DNA of 63,234 nucleotides, counting the filler, from Platydemus manokwari (taxonomy: Eukaryota): the NCBI GenBank assembly GCA_037951405.1. It is 5 parts of 5 records of this genome, joined end to end, with 100 filler letters (N's around TTAATTAATTAA, not from the genome) between each part and the next. Parts side by side here need not be neighbours in the genome. Positions count along the whole stretch, not along the records: positions 47,140 to 63,234 come from JBBMOY011216988.1; 4 more parts are not named here. One strand, written 5' to 3'. Position 1 is the stretch's first letter, and each line of letters opens with the position of its first letter. The translations under genes and the position numbers were made by a program. This document shows positions 51,475 to 63,234 of this stretch, piece after piece. The notes below the pieces were generated by a model. It was given only the letters and a program-made list of their open reading frames with translations, was not told the origin of the DNA and did not search any database.

Positions 51475-53543
51475 GGGCCAGCTGCATTTGGATTTGTATC
51501 TTTTCTTTTACACGATAATGTTGAAAGACAAAAAATCAGACGATATCTGTTGTTATTTTCTCTAGCAGCTCCTGTTGTTGCAATAATCACATTTCTGTGT
51601 TTGAATGAGGTAAGTGACGTCTTTTAGTTCATATTTATTTGATGAATTGACAATGAGATAACAAATGCATTATCGATAAAAATAACAACCTCATTATAAC
51701 TGTATAAACTTAACTCATTTAGTCATTTTCACCTTTATCAATATTTATAATGCTGATCAAATCTGACTGGAAATTTTCTAATAAAATGAAAAATCTTTAT
51801 TCTTCCAAATACATTTCATCGTCAACACACTTATGCGAACTTTTTTTTCCAAATCTAGTAACATTTATTAAATTCAAAATGGGGTATCCAGATAGGTTTA
51901 TCAAGCTATTGAATAGTCAGAAGTCACAGGAACCTAAATCAGGTGAATAGGGTGATTACAAATTCAACCAATGGATTGTGAGACTCTCTACATTGTTGTA
52001 GTGAAGAAATCAGTAGTTTGTCCATAATTCTGGTCATTTGACACAAATTGGTTTGCGCGAACGACGTCCAAATAATCAAATCCTTAATTTTTTCTTGATG
52101 TGCCGTTCATCAGTTGGTGAAAGTGGTCGTCTGTAATGTGGTTTATCTTCATCATCTTCTCGACCCTTCGGACATTTTATATTGTTCACATGCTCTTGTT
52201 TTCAATATATCCTAGTCACTGAAGACACCGCAGGGGAAATCTCATTTAATGCAATTTTGCTAAGCAAAATCAGATATTGGAAAAAATTGTTTTGATCATG
52301 ACTAGCACAACTTTTTAATCAATGAACATATTTATATGAAATTTGATACTGTTGACGTAGATATTACTAATAGCCTAATAAATAATTTGTATAAATCGAT
52401 TAACCTGTGAATTTTATAAATTTGATGTTAAATTCTTATTTTCAACTTTGAATGATATGTTTTTCCAAAATATCGTATTTAATGAATGGGAAATTTATTC
52501 TTTTGGACTTATATGCGCATTTAAATGAAATATGCCAGAAATTGGGAATGTAGTTGTACTAACTTTCATCGATGGCTTAACCATTTTTTAGAAAATACCT
52601 CTTGAACCATGTAATATTTCCAGATATTCGATTAATTCCCGTAAATTTGAAAATATGATCGATTATTTCTCGTCCATAATATATTGTCAATAACCAAAGT
52701 GAAAAATTTTATGTCTTGTTAATCAGCTTACCCTTCCTTAATTTTATATGGTTTTTTAAAGATATTATTTAATTAATCAAAATAACTAACCTATATCGGG
52801 TATTTTGTTTTGTTCTGTATAAGGGATTTTAAATAAATAACAATATAGAATATCTTTTTTAATCAAAAATAATATCTCATTTTAACACGAATCGTGATTG
52901 ATTTATTCGTGTAACATAATATCATGGACAGGACTTAAAAAAATGAGCTATTTTCTTCATGAACTCCGAAGTTACTTGTTATCATTACCTAGTAATTTTC
53001 GTAATATTATTATTAATAGATTTAATATCAATTTTTATAATGGTATTCAATATAATGATTCAATAAAATATTGTTTATTGTAAAATTATGTATTAGTTTG
53101 ATATATTACCATGGAATTATTATTAAATATCAAGATTATTCACCTCTCACATTCTGAAGTTCAATTTACGATAAACAAAAACTTGAAATTCAAATGAAGT
53201 ACAAAATTGAAACATCTATTTTTAATTGATTAATTCATTTAACGGGTATTTTGAATTTATTAAACAAATTTAGCAAGCTAAAGAACGTTTACATGATGTC
53301 AATGCCACTGGAATCGCATTACTATTTTCAGCAGGTACATTTTTGTACGTAGCAACTGTTCATGTACTTCCTGAATTGTCAAACCATCAACCCAAACAGC
53401 AAAACAATACAGACGTTCCGAACGATAATAAAACCATTCGAAATCAAATGGAACAAACATCTGGTTTCACTTTTATTGAATTACTATTGATCATTTTTGG
53501 TTCAATATTGCCGCTGATTCTATCTATTGGACATTCTCATTGA
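51475..53543 (+). CDS. SLC39A9: Zinc transporter ZIP9 homolog, last two exons (51475-51609, 53274-53543); partial
   Basis: GPAAFGFVSFLLHDNVERQKIRRYLLLFSLAAPVVAIITFLCLNE/QAKERLHDVNATGIALLFSAGTFLYVATVHVLPEL...LPLILSIGHSH*, matching the ZIP9 signatures PAAFG, FSAGTFLYVATVHVLPE and terminal GHxH; phase-0 GT-AG intron. Confidence 0.93.
51770..52370 (-). mobile_element. Internally deleted mariner remnant within the ZIP9 intron
   Basis: Minus strand reads SPYSPDLGSCDF*LFNSL (YSPDL motif), with KCVDDEMYLE and CVK*PEL (WVPHEL-like) fragments. Confidence 0.7.
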
Positions 53544-54712
53544 CGAATAGAATTCTACACTATTTAAATCGAAATTTCGAATCAATCGTTGAATTTTATT
53601 ATAAAGAATTTATTTTATTTTTATATTAAGCTTTAAGATGATTTAATTGGTTTGTTATGCACTTATTGGACAAGATATAATGTAATGTATTTTAATATTT
53701 ATACTGGTTCATGGTTTCTACTCGTGCTATGTTTTACTTTTGAATTCTCTTAAAACGCGCACAATATTTGTACAAGGAAAATTGTTTCGAATAAAATTCG
53801 AATTAATCAGGAGAAAATATAGTTGTAAATTGATAAGTTTATTTTACCGATTCGCTCAATGTATATATCACGTGATAAAGAGGCTTGTTTTCATTTGTAA
53901 GATCAATAATATTTGTTAAACCTGAATTAGAAGTTCAGTTTGATGTTTTCTAGCTATTTGAAGTGCTGTTAAGAGGGCTTGGTACTGATATCTGAAAGCA
54001 GGCAAGGGTGTAAAATATTGTGTTAATCCATGTGCATCATTTGATATGATTAATTAATGAAACTATCATGGAACATTTAGGTCTTATCTAGATTATTGAC
54101 ATTAATTTAATTCATATATATATGTCATTTGTATATAATTTAGTATTATTGAAAAATTAAAGTGCTTCCTGTGTATAACAGCTATATTGCTTTTACTTTT
54201 AAACAGGTTAGGTTATTAACTATGTGAATACATTTATCAATTAGTTGATGTAGGAACAAAGTGGTTATTAATAAAAAGATATTCATATGAAATATTCGTC
54301 ATTGATGATAGAGATATTACAACAATAGAACAGCTTAGCATTAAAAATACGTCAGAAATAATGTTTGAATTTCAATGTTTTGTGATGAATGATGAGAACA
54401 AGTACTTAGTTAACAGTTAACATCAATATCGTATGATTGATTGAATAAATTAGTAATACAACTTCAACAAGAAAGATGAAGCTTAGTTTCAGAAATTACA
54501 TTTCGAGATTCTAATTTACCGATAATATATTAGAATGATTTGATCTGAAAAATATTTAAATAACTAAATACTGAGGATAAAATACCTTTATTCTAATGAT
54601 GAACATTAACAAAGATTTCCACAAAAATAATAATCAACACTAGACGATGTTGGAAAATATAATGTTTCTTTATAATTCGAATATGAATATAAGAATTTCA
54701 TGCATGGTTTTT

Positions 54713-55672
54713 GTTTTTGGGTCTGAAGATAGAAGGTTTCTATTGTCAATCCTGTTATTTTTGAAGGAGCACAGAGACCTTTTACATGATGTTGTATTAA
54801 CTGTCTCCGGTTCTATTTAGTAAAATTCAAAGTTTTGGTCGAGTCATATGTTTTGCTTATGCTAAATTTAAGATTATTTGAGCCAAGTTTTTTGATGTTA
54901 TCTGAATATCGAAGCTAGTTTTGTAAAATGACAGAAATTATTAATAAAAAGTTGAGTAGATCTCATAAACAAGTAAAATATCCATTAAAAACCATGAAAA
55001 TAACACTTAATGATATTTAAGCAATAGTTCAGTGTCGGATCTCACAATTTTTTTTTCAGAATTATCCCGATTATTTGCATGGCAATGTGTAATTTAATTT
55101 ATTTTGTTGATTTAAGTAATAACCGAACAACACTTAATCTTTAACACCGCGGTCTAAAAGAAACTCGTGTTACGGTCCACCGCCGTCATTTTTAATTGGT
55201 AGGCTAGTCCCAACAACTGAGTTGTACAGCCTTTACTTTGAATATGATATAAACAATTATTGTGGCATTTTAAAATCTATTCAATTTAATCGATAATAAA
55301 ATATTATTGCTATTGCCTTGTTCATTTATGTCTAATTTATATATTAACTCTCGTTAACAAGCAACAACCTATTATCTGAGGGAGTCAGGTTTTGTTGGGA
55401 CAACTTTATAGAACCTTCTTAAGTATTATATTATAGTAATTTTTATTAATATTTTCTGTCATTTTACAAAACTCGCTTCGATATTCAGATAACATCAAAA
55501 AACTTGGCTCAAATAATCTTAAATTTAGCATAATCGAAAAATATAACTCGATCAAAACTTTGACTTCAATTAAATAAAACCGAAGACAATTAATGTAACC
55601 TCATGTAAAGGGCCCCTGTACTCCTTCAAAAATAACAAGATTAACAATAGAAACCTATATTCAGACCCATAA
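54713..55672. repeat. Long inverted repeat (arms ~54713-54950 and ~55440-55672, ~490-bp spacer)
   Basis: 54857-54915 is the exact reverse complement of 55475-55533; outer parts of the arms are diverged. Confidence 0.92.
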
Positions 55673-55699
55673 ACTGAAAGGCTATTCGCCAACATGGAA

Positions 55700-56750
55700 A
55701 TTATAATGAATAAACTGGAAAAATTCATGCCATTGCTAAAATAAAAACTGAGGACATTTGAGTGATTTCTGAACACCAAAGAGACCTTCTGTATGACAAA
55801 CTACTATATCACTTATACTAGACTACCACAATTCGACGTGATACAAAGAAAATGTGCTTGGCATACCAAATTTTGCTCATTGAGTTATCTTTACTCGTCC
55901 AAGTCAAAAGGAAGTTGTGGACTAAGAAAACTGGCAAACCTAAAATTATAAGGATGATGGCGATACACTCATTTTGCTGGAGTGAGTAACTATGTTGCGA
56001 CAATTGAAGAAGTACTAGATTGAGTGGATCAAAATATAATAACGATAAATAAGAGAGAGCATTAAATATGCCTACAACAATATATATATTTCACTGTTTC
56101 TTTAATTCTTATTACCAGTGAGATCTGGGTCAAAGGTCAACAAAACCAAAAGAACAATGGTTTTTTTAATGAAAACAGAGCGATAGCGGAACAAAACAAA
56201 ATCAATAATATATCAGAACTGTTGAAATCATGTTTTATGCTAACGTACCAATGAAACTGGACTAATTAAATCTGAAATAGGTGCTATAACAGCAACTTAT
56301 GATCTTTTAGTTCATTTCATAGTGGTCAAAAGTAGTTTTTAGTGAGTACCTTACTGTTGCTGATTCAGATTTATTCAAAACGCATGGGCATACAACTTTC
56401 TTACTTTGAAAAAAAAGTACACGAAAGGAATGACATGCAGAAAATGCTTATATGCAGTGGAATTACAAACACATCTTTTCATTTGTAAATGGATATATTG
56501 GCCAAGGAAATCTAAGTCTTTGTGAAGAAAGAATGCCAATTCACGGAATTCAAACTAAGAATGGATTCTCAACCAATAAATTTTCAACCGAAAATCTACG
56601 ATCGTCCTCATAGATATACAGTGCTCAATTTTAAAACTGTTTAAAAGAATATCGAAAAATACTCAGACCTTCGAACTTTTGTTGTAATGGTTCTCGAACC
56701 TTGGCAAACACAGAGCAACAATACAGTCTTAAAGAAACTAGAAATGGAAA
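55700..56750 (+). mobile_element. Decayed non-LTR retrotransposon 3' region
   Basis: CRKCLYAVELQTHLFIC at 56436-56486 fits the C-terminal CCHC zinc knuckle of LINE ORF2; the surrounding frame is disrupted. Confidence 0.45.
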
Positions 56751-59700
56751 ATAAAAAAAACTCTTGCTTGGGTAAAATCTATATTTAGTATTTTGTGTTA
56801 CTATTTTTAATGCTTTTGATATATTTGTTACTATATTTGGCTACCTTAGTTATTTATACTGATTTCTGTTGCTGATTTGTGCAGACATGATGTAGTTTCT
56901 ATTTTTAGATTTCATTTAAATTTTTTTATTTGAGATTACCTTGCTTAAACAAAATATAAAAAGAATATGTTGTGCTGAAACATTTTTTTATTTCATTTGG
57001 TTTTAAAATTATTTTTATATATTTATTTTAGGGTATTTTATTTGTAAATTTTAAATTTCAATATATTAAATTTTTTATGTTTTCACTAGTTATTTAATTT
57101 TTAAATTTATACTTTTTCCTATTTTAATCAATATAGACTTTTAAAAATTTTAAAATTTTATAGAATTTGACTTTCTAAATTAGAGTGTTACAATGCATCT
57201 CTACACCTTCGTATCCTATTGTTATGTGTCCTACAAGATTGGATATGGACTACGCAATACAACTGCTCAAATCAAAACTATCAAATATCTACTAAGTTTT
57301 ATATCTAGCAGTGTCCCACTACACATCTAATCAGGATTATGGAAAGATCCAAAGAAAACTTCAAATTTCAACAAGGTATGAATAATGACAAAATAATATC
57401 TAGTCTTCCCACATTTATATGGATCATTTAATAAATCAACAGTTCTGGATACTGAAATCATATTTATTAGTTTAAAAATATCATCATAAAATTTCATTAT
57501 ATTAAAAACTATTTAAAACAAAAAAATTAAGAATAGATAATGAAATACAACTATAATCAAAAACGTGGTAAATAGTAGCAGAAACTATTACAAAAGGGAG
57601 TAATATCAACCTAGGCAGAACTTGCTTAGGTAAATAAAATATAGATAAGAAGAAGATACATTCCATATTGTGAATATATAAAATTATCAAGTCAAACTGT
57701 GAACTTAGGAATCTATTTTCGATCTCATTACAGGAACTATTAACTCGATATCAGAACGCAATTCAGCATTCTAATCTTGTCAAACTAATGGTTCAGGTTC
57801 ATTCATACAACGATGAAAAATGAATACTATTCATTATTACTAGTAAAATAAATATGTTCTACTTCAATCAACGGAACCACAGTAGAAAAGAAATCAATTA
57901 ACGCTAGTCGAATAACATAATTTAATTATTTAAGAAAATGAAGGAGGAAAATATCAAAGAGAAAAATTTAATTACAATTACCACCTGAGATACTAATGCA
58001 ATCAAATTTCTCAAAAGAAAATCTATTATTATATGAGGAGATATAAAGTTTCAAAATAACTATATATACATAAGTGAAAGGAGCTGTAAAAGCTACCCCA
58101 ATACATAAACTAGACATTAGATTTGCCTGATATTTTAATAATAAAATGAATTATCTATATCATAAACTTAAGTAACAAATTCTAAAAATCTACCAAGAAA
58201 TGATTCTATATTATTCTCGTTGAGACAAAGAAATGTTAAATTCTTTCTGATCCAGATTTTGTTTCTCAAATAATAATGGAACAAGCAGAGAAGGTGTAAA
58301 AGTGAAGCTGTTGAAATCGTAGTATCTCAAGAATCTTGATGCATTAGAGAAACGGATGTCATAGCCAATAAAAAACAAGCTATGTATTTTTAGACCAGCT
58401 GAGTGCAATACATTAATTACATGGAGAATATCATCCAGGTCAGACAAGCGCCTTGGAAACTTTAGATCTAAAAATTCTAGAACATAAGGTTATATTTACA
58501 AAATTAAATGTTTAAGAAAAACATGGAATTTATCCTCAATAGGTTATAGATGTAGCGGGAAAATTTTCATATTTCACACTAATGAGAAATTCAGGAATCA
58601 GTGAAGTAGTTACGATTATAAACAAAAGTGGAATATGCTCTCAATTATGATAATATATTTTAAAAGGTCATTGAATGAGTTGAGAGCATTTAGAACTTTT
58701 GTAGAAGGATGTAAGGGAACATGTGTTATTTCATGATAATCTATGCAATTAGCAAGCCATTGTTTATTCGATGGACAAATTCTTTGGATATTATAAGAAT
58801 ATGGCTATCCTAGCGAATCATTTAATACATGGACAAAAAGGAGGAGATTAAGAAATTGTCAATAATTTCCGTAGAAAACAACCAAACATCATTTGAGATA
58901 ACAAATCTCACAACGATGACTTCACTGAGTAGTATTGAGCGGAATCCGAACTATGTGAAACTGGCATTCGAGTCAAGTGAAACAAACGATAAAGACTTGT
59001 TTCCAGAAATATAAACAATGCAAGAAACTATCAGAAGTAGGATAATCAAAATATGTAACAGAAACCAAATAATTGTATAGCAAGGATACTTACAAAGTTG
59101 GCAATTATCTTGACATTATCGCAGCCGGAAAGCCATTGTCAGCTAACGTAAGTCAGATAATATATAAACAACTGATCGTTATTATATACTAATCGTGTAT
59201 CATTTTATTATGTGCTTTGACTCAAAAACCTCTCTTAAAGGTAATTGGTTTTGCTCCAAGAGTGTGGAGTTTATCAACCGTCATCTTAATCCAGAATTTG
59301 TTAGAATAGTCGTTTTGGTGCATAAGTGTATTGTAAAATTAATTTTTATAATCTTTATTGGTGTTAATTGTTGTATCAATAAAAATAAGTATAAACGGTT
59401 CGTGTTCATTGATTAGAAATAGCAATAAGTTGAGAATAATATTAGTTATTGAAACTGATAAAACAAATCAAGTTCAATAGATTATAGTTGCCGTATATAT
59501 TGTCTCCATACAATATTATACGCGAAGGGAAAATAAACAATAATAATAAGGTTTTAATAGATTGTATCTTGGGTTTGTAAAGAACCACGCGAGATTGATA
59601 AGTGGACTGTGATAAATTTCAATACAGAAACAAATCAGCGACTGAAAAATAAACCAATAAACCCGAAACGCATCATATGTATAAAAGTAAGTATTAATTC

Positions 59701-60925
59701 TTAAACGAAAACAAAATTAATTAACCTTGTCTCACAAAAAAGCAATTTTTTAAATCATTGAAAGAACTCTACTATTAGATCCATCTCGATCTCTCACGAA
59801 GAAATCAAAATAATTATTATATTCTTAATCAACCAGAACCTTTGCTTATATATATTTCTTATTTTACGATTTATCAAAGAAAATTTAGTTTAGATCCTTT
59901 GCAATTAATTCTCTAAAATTCTTAAAATTGGCGACAACCAGTGGTTTCGAAGACAATGTATGCAAGCATCTTCAAGTCAGTTCAATGAATTGATTCATCT
60001 TACCATGATGAACATGAATTCGTACTAAAGTATTTCTATCCAAATAGACCCTTCAATCACAAACATAAACATATAGACAAAGGTTATGTGTTACTCGTGG
60101 AGTATTATTAACATTCGATATTTAATATTTCATTATTAGTTAGACAATTTGATCACATTCTTACAGTTAAATAATTGTAAACCATGAATATATCTCGATA
60201 AATTATAAAATACCTTAAATTAAAAAAATCAAAATATTTCCAAAAAACATGATTCGATCTTAATATTAATTCTTAAGCCTCTTATACTTTTTCTCGTTTA
60301 AAATATAAATCCTTTTAATGAACTTATAAACTGATAAAACAAGTAATCCTTACACGTGAACACAAAGTATTTCACAAATTGATAAATTTCCAACTGATAT
60401 TCGTTAAGCACGGTTAGATAAGAACTCAACTAATTATAAACGCTTTCAACAACTGGTTTCAACCAAATAAACTTTATATTAAATTTCACAAACATTTGAG
60501 GGCTGTAAAAATTGTCATCCGTGTATTTCAAATTTTTCTCCGAGAAACACAGTAGAGCAAACCCCCCGTATATCATGACACAAAATCACATTTAATATCT
60601 CAAATTTCGAAGTGCAAATATCAAAACATCAATTAACCAATCATATGAAACATTTTCCAGTAATTTAAATAATCTATAAAATTGAAAAATAATCTATAAA
60701 ATGAAAAATTGAAAAAATAATATTCATTGATAATTGCTCCGCCACAAAAGTCCAGTTGTCAATACCAATTATACATTCAGTTCAGATTTATTAATAAAAT
60801 CATCAAAACTTCGGTTTATATAAATTTATAGAAAGATCATTTTTCGAGCTTTCATTGAAATGGAATTATTATTATAACATGACGCTAGATATCACAGTTG
60901 ATAATATATAAATTGTTAAATTCTA

Positions 60926-60999
60926 TTAGCTGCTTGAAGGTGGAGTAATTGTTCCATAACTTTGGACATCTGCAATGTCAAAGGCCTTTGTGCTTTCAT
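60926..60999 (-). CDS. Possible terminal coding exon of an unidentified gene (xESTKAFDIADVQSYGTITPPSSS*)
   Basis: TCTATTTAG acceptor, locally higher GC, open frame to TAA TAG, downstream AATAAA on the minus strand (~60790); no homolog recognised. Confidence 0.3.
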
Positions 61000-61112
61000 C
61001 TAAATAGATAATCAATAAAAAATCAAAAATTAAAAGACTGAAAAACATTTGATATTTTAGAAAATTTTTAATAATAAAATTCGAAACATTTAAAAATTTA
61101 TAAACATAAATT

Positions 61113-61654
61113 TGTGAGATATTTTAAATGAGTAAAATTTTTAATTCAAATTTAATTCAAATTTTATATAAAATCAAACTTATTTGTTTAAATATTTGTA
61201 TTTAAATAGATTTTTCAGTTTTTAAAATAGTAGCGGGTAACATAGCAACCACTGATCTGGATTTGTTTCTGAAAAGATGAGCGACTGAAAATTATAAGAG
61301 AAGGAGGAAGATACTGAGACTAGATTGAGAACATATAAAGAAGTTGTGGAAGAGATAAAAAGAAGATATTTAAAGAAGATAAAATGGAGATATAAAAGAT
61401 AGAATAATTAGAGTTTTCGTGTAATGAAATATGTAGAGTATTCGATACAGAGACAATTAACAAAATCAAAAATTTTAAAATGGGAGTGTGAGATACTTTA
61501 ATATGAATAAATTTTTAATTCTAATTTTATGTAAAATCATATTTATATAAAATTAAATTTATTTGTTTAGATATTTGTATTTAAATAGATTTTTGGTGTC
61601 TTGACTTTTCAGTTGGTTTTTAATGTGTGGTTTTTAAAATAAAAGCGGCTAGCA
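61113..61654 (+). mobile_element. TRIM-like miniature LTR retrotransposon (LTR1 61113-61242, LTR2 61487-61654)
   Basis: Two direct repeats both starting TGTGAGATA and ending AGCGG.TA.CA; PBS-like TAGCAACCACT after LTR1; GGGAG directly before LTR2; flanks AAATT/TAATT (5-bp TSD with one mismatch); 244-bp non-coding interior. Confidence 0.75.
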
Positions 61655-63234
61655 TAATTAAAGAGTAATTATTTATTAAATTATATTTCCAATGAAACAA
61701 TTACAACATTAAATAACATTCAAGTAAAGTTAAATGTTCGATGGAAAAGTTTTCAATTAAATTTCCGAAAAACACAAGCAAACACAATAACGTCTCATTG
61801 GTTAAAATAAGAATAAGTTTATTGATTTTAAAATTATCTTTTGAGGTAAGATTAAAATAAATATTTATATCAAAGACTTGAATCGCTTTCCGTTTTCTTC
61901 ATCTTTTAAATTAATTTAAATATTAATCGTAAAAATAATGCCCACATTTAATCAGATTTTATTTTCGATTCTTAATAATCTTCATTATCTCGATTTTTTT
62001 AATAATACCGACACAAAAGTATATTATAATAAGTTTAGATCACGACTTATAAAGGTATGTACTGTCTAAAGCTAAATCTTGAAGTCATAAGAATTTACCA
62101 AACATTTTAATTACTGATAATTAATTGATAAGTAGTTTGACATCAATATACCTATGGTGAATTCACATCAACAATCATTGGTAGCGGTAGCCATACTGTT
62201 TGATATTTGGATTCTGCACTCAGAAAGTAGGACTTAACTCGAAAAGAAAAAAATAATGCATTTTCTGATGTTAATCGAAGTTATGTGAAACAAATTGGCT
62301 GCTTCATTTTTGATGAAGTTTTTACTACTGATAAGATGAACAAAACAACAGCTTCATACCGGTATAAATCAAAAGAAAAAAATCAATGTTTAGAAAATAT
62401 TTCAAGGCACACAAAACGAATTTATAGACTGATTATGAAAAAATAAAAAGCCTTCTGTGCTGAAAATAAAGAGCAAAAATATTATTTCTAGAGTTAGTTT
62501 TGATAAAACAATTAATAATTCTAACAATGTAAGATATAAGAATGAAAAAAGTATACATAAATGGTTATTGATTTTCGGTCCATTGAAGAACGCACTATAG
62601 GAAAGAAATTTGTGTTACAGTTAATGCATTTTTGAAAAAGGTTAATTGTCAATAAATTAGCAGTTTCGGAAATGAAAATTGATGCAGACAATGCCAAAAA
62701 AACAACCCACGAGAATAATGAATTTGTAAAAAAGATTGATATTTGCTAGTTATTCCATGATCAATTGTTACCAACAAATATCATCAGATTCAAATGTGGT
62801 ATTTGTAATGCTTTGCAATCATTAAAAATCATAAAAGTTGAGTCTTCGGCAGTCGTTTATTAAATAAAATAATATACATACGTTGATATTTGAATTCTGA
62901 ATATCAGATATTATCACGGTATGTTTGTGTACCTTATATACTCGGATTTTTAAAAATACCTTACATTAGATGCAAAAGTTTAAGAAGCTCTATAGGTATA
63001 GAGGTATTAAGAAGGTATAGAGGATAAATCTACTTGCTGCTGGAAAAAATATAAAGTATTATCTGAATGTGCATCCAGAATGCCATCATGACCATCTCAA
63101 CAGCCATGACGCATAACATGGATTTTTCATTCTATTCACATAGATGTAAAAAGATTGCTATATATATTGGGTGTATAACCTTAAAATTTCGATTTGATAA
63201 AAGATGTCGCTGGGAGTATTGCTTGCATATAATG

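Noticed and set aside
52212-52245. CTGAAGA..GAAA hammerhead-like core
   Set aside because: Lies within a mariner remnant and lacks convincing stems I and III.
57180-59200. A-rich stretch with faint endonuclease/RT-like fragments and short ORFs
   Set aside because: Probably an old LINE remnant, but no motif is intact enough to support a call.
62100-63234. Coding-like composition near the window end
   Set aside because: Multiple stops in all frames and no recognisable family.
1-63234. CRISPR arrays, rRNA, tRNA, spliced-leader or telomeric repeats
   Set aside because: None seen by eye; a covariance-model scan would be needed to exclude divergent ncRNAs.

Overview
Very AT-rich eukaryotic (metazoan) genomic DNA with GT-AG introns and the standard genetic code. 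A flatworm or other lophotrochozoan is my inference from the mariner load and tiny introns; the sequence does not prove it. The window is five contigs joined by artificial 100-bp spacers (N44-TTAATTAATTAA-N44). Conserved genes appear only as 3' portions: PHF12 (FHA-domain exons), a plasma-membrane Ca2+-ATPase (PMCA) and the zinc transporter ZIP9. The most interesting content is lineage-specific. (1) A cluster of three two-exon genes for small secreted peptides with a symmetric C-x6-C-x3-C-x6-C-x3-C-x6-C motif; one copy is missed by the ORF track. (2) An inverted segmental duplication carrying two intact orphan ORFs that end in PDZ-binding-type motifs and bracket a C-type lectin/PAN gene and its decayed copies. 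(3) A family of miniature LTR elements (TRIM-like). (4) Same-strand coding exons apparently inside a ZIP9 intron. (5) A long inverted repeat with a perfectly paired inner tract. The rest is mostly decayed transposons (mariner, Gypsy, non-LTR, hAT MITE) and microsatellites. No rRNA, tRNA or CRISPR features were seen.
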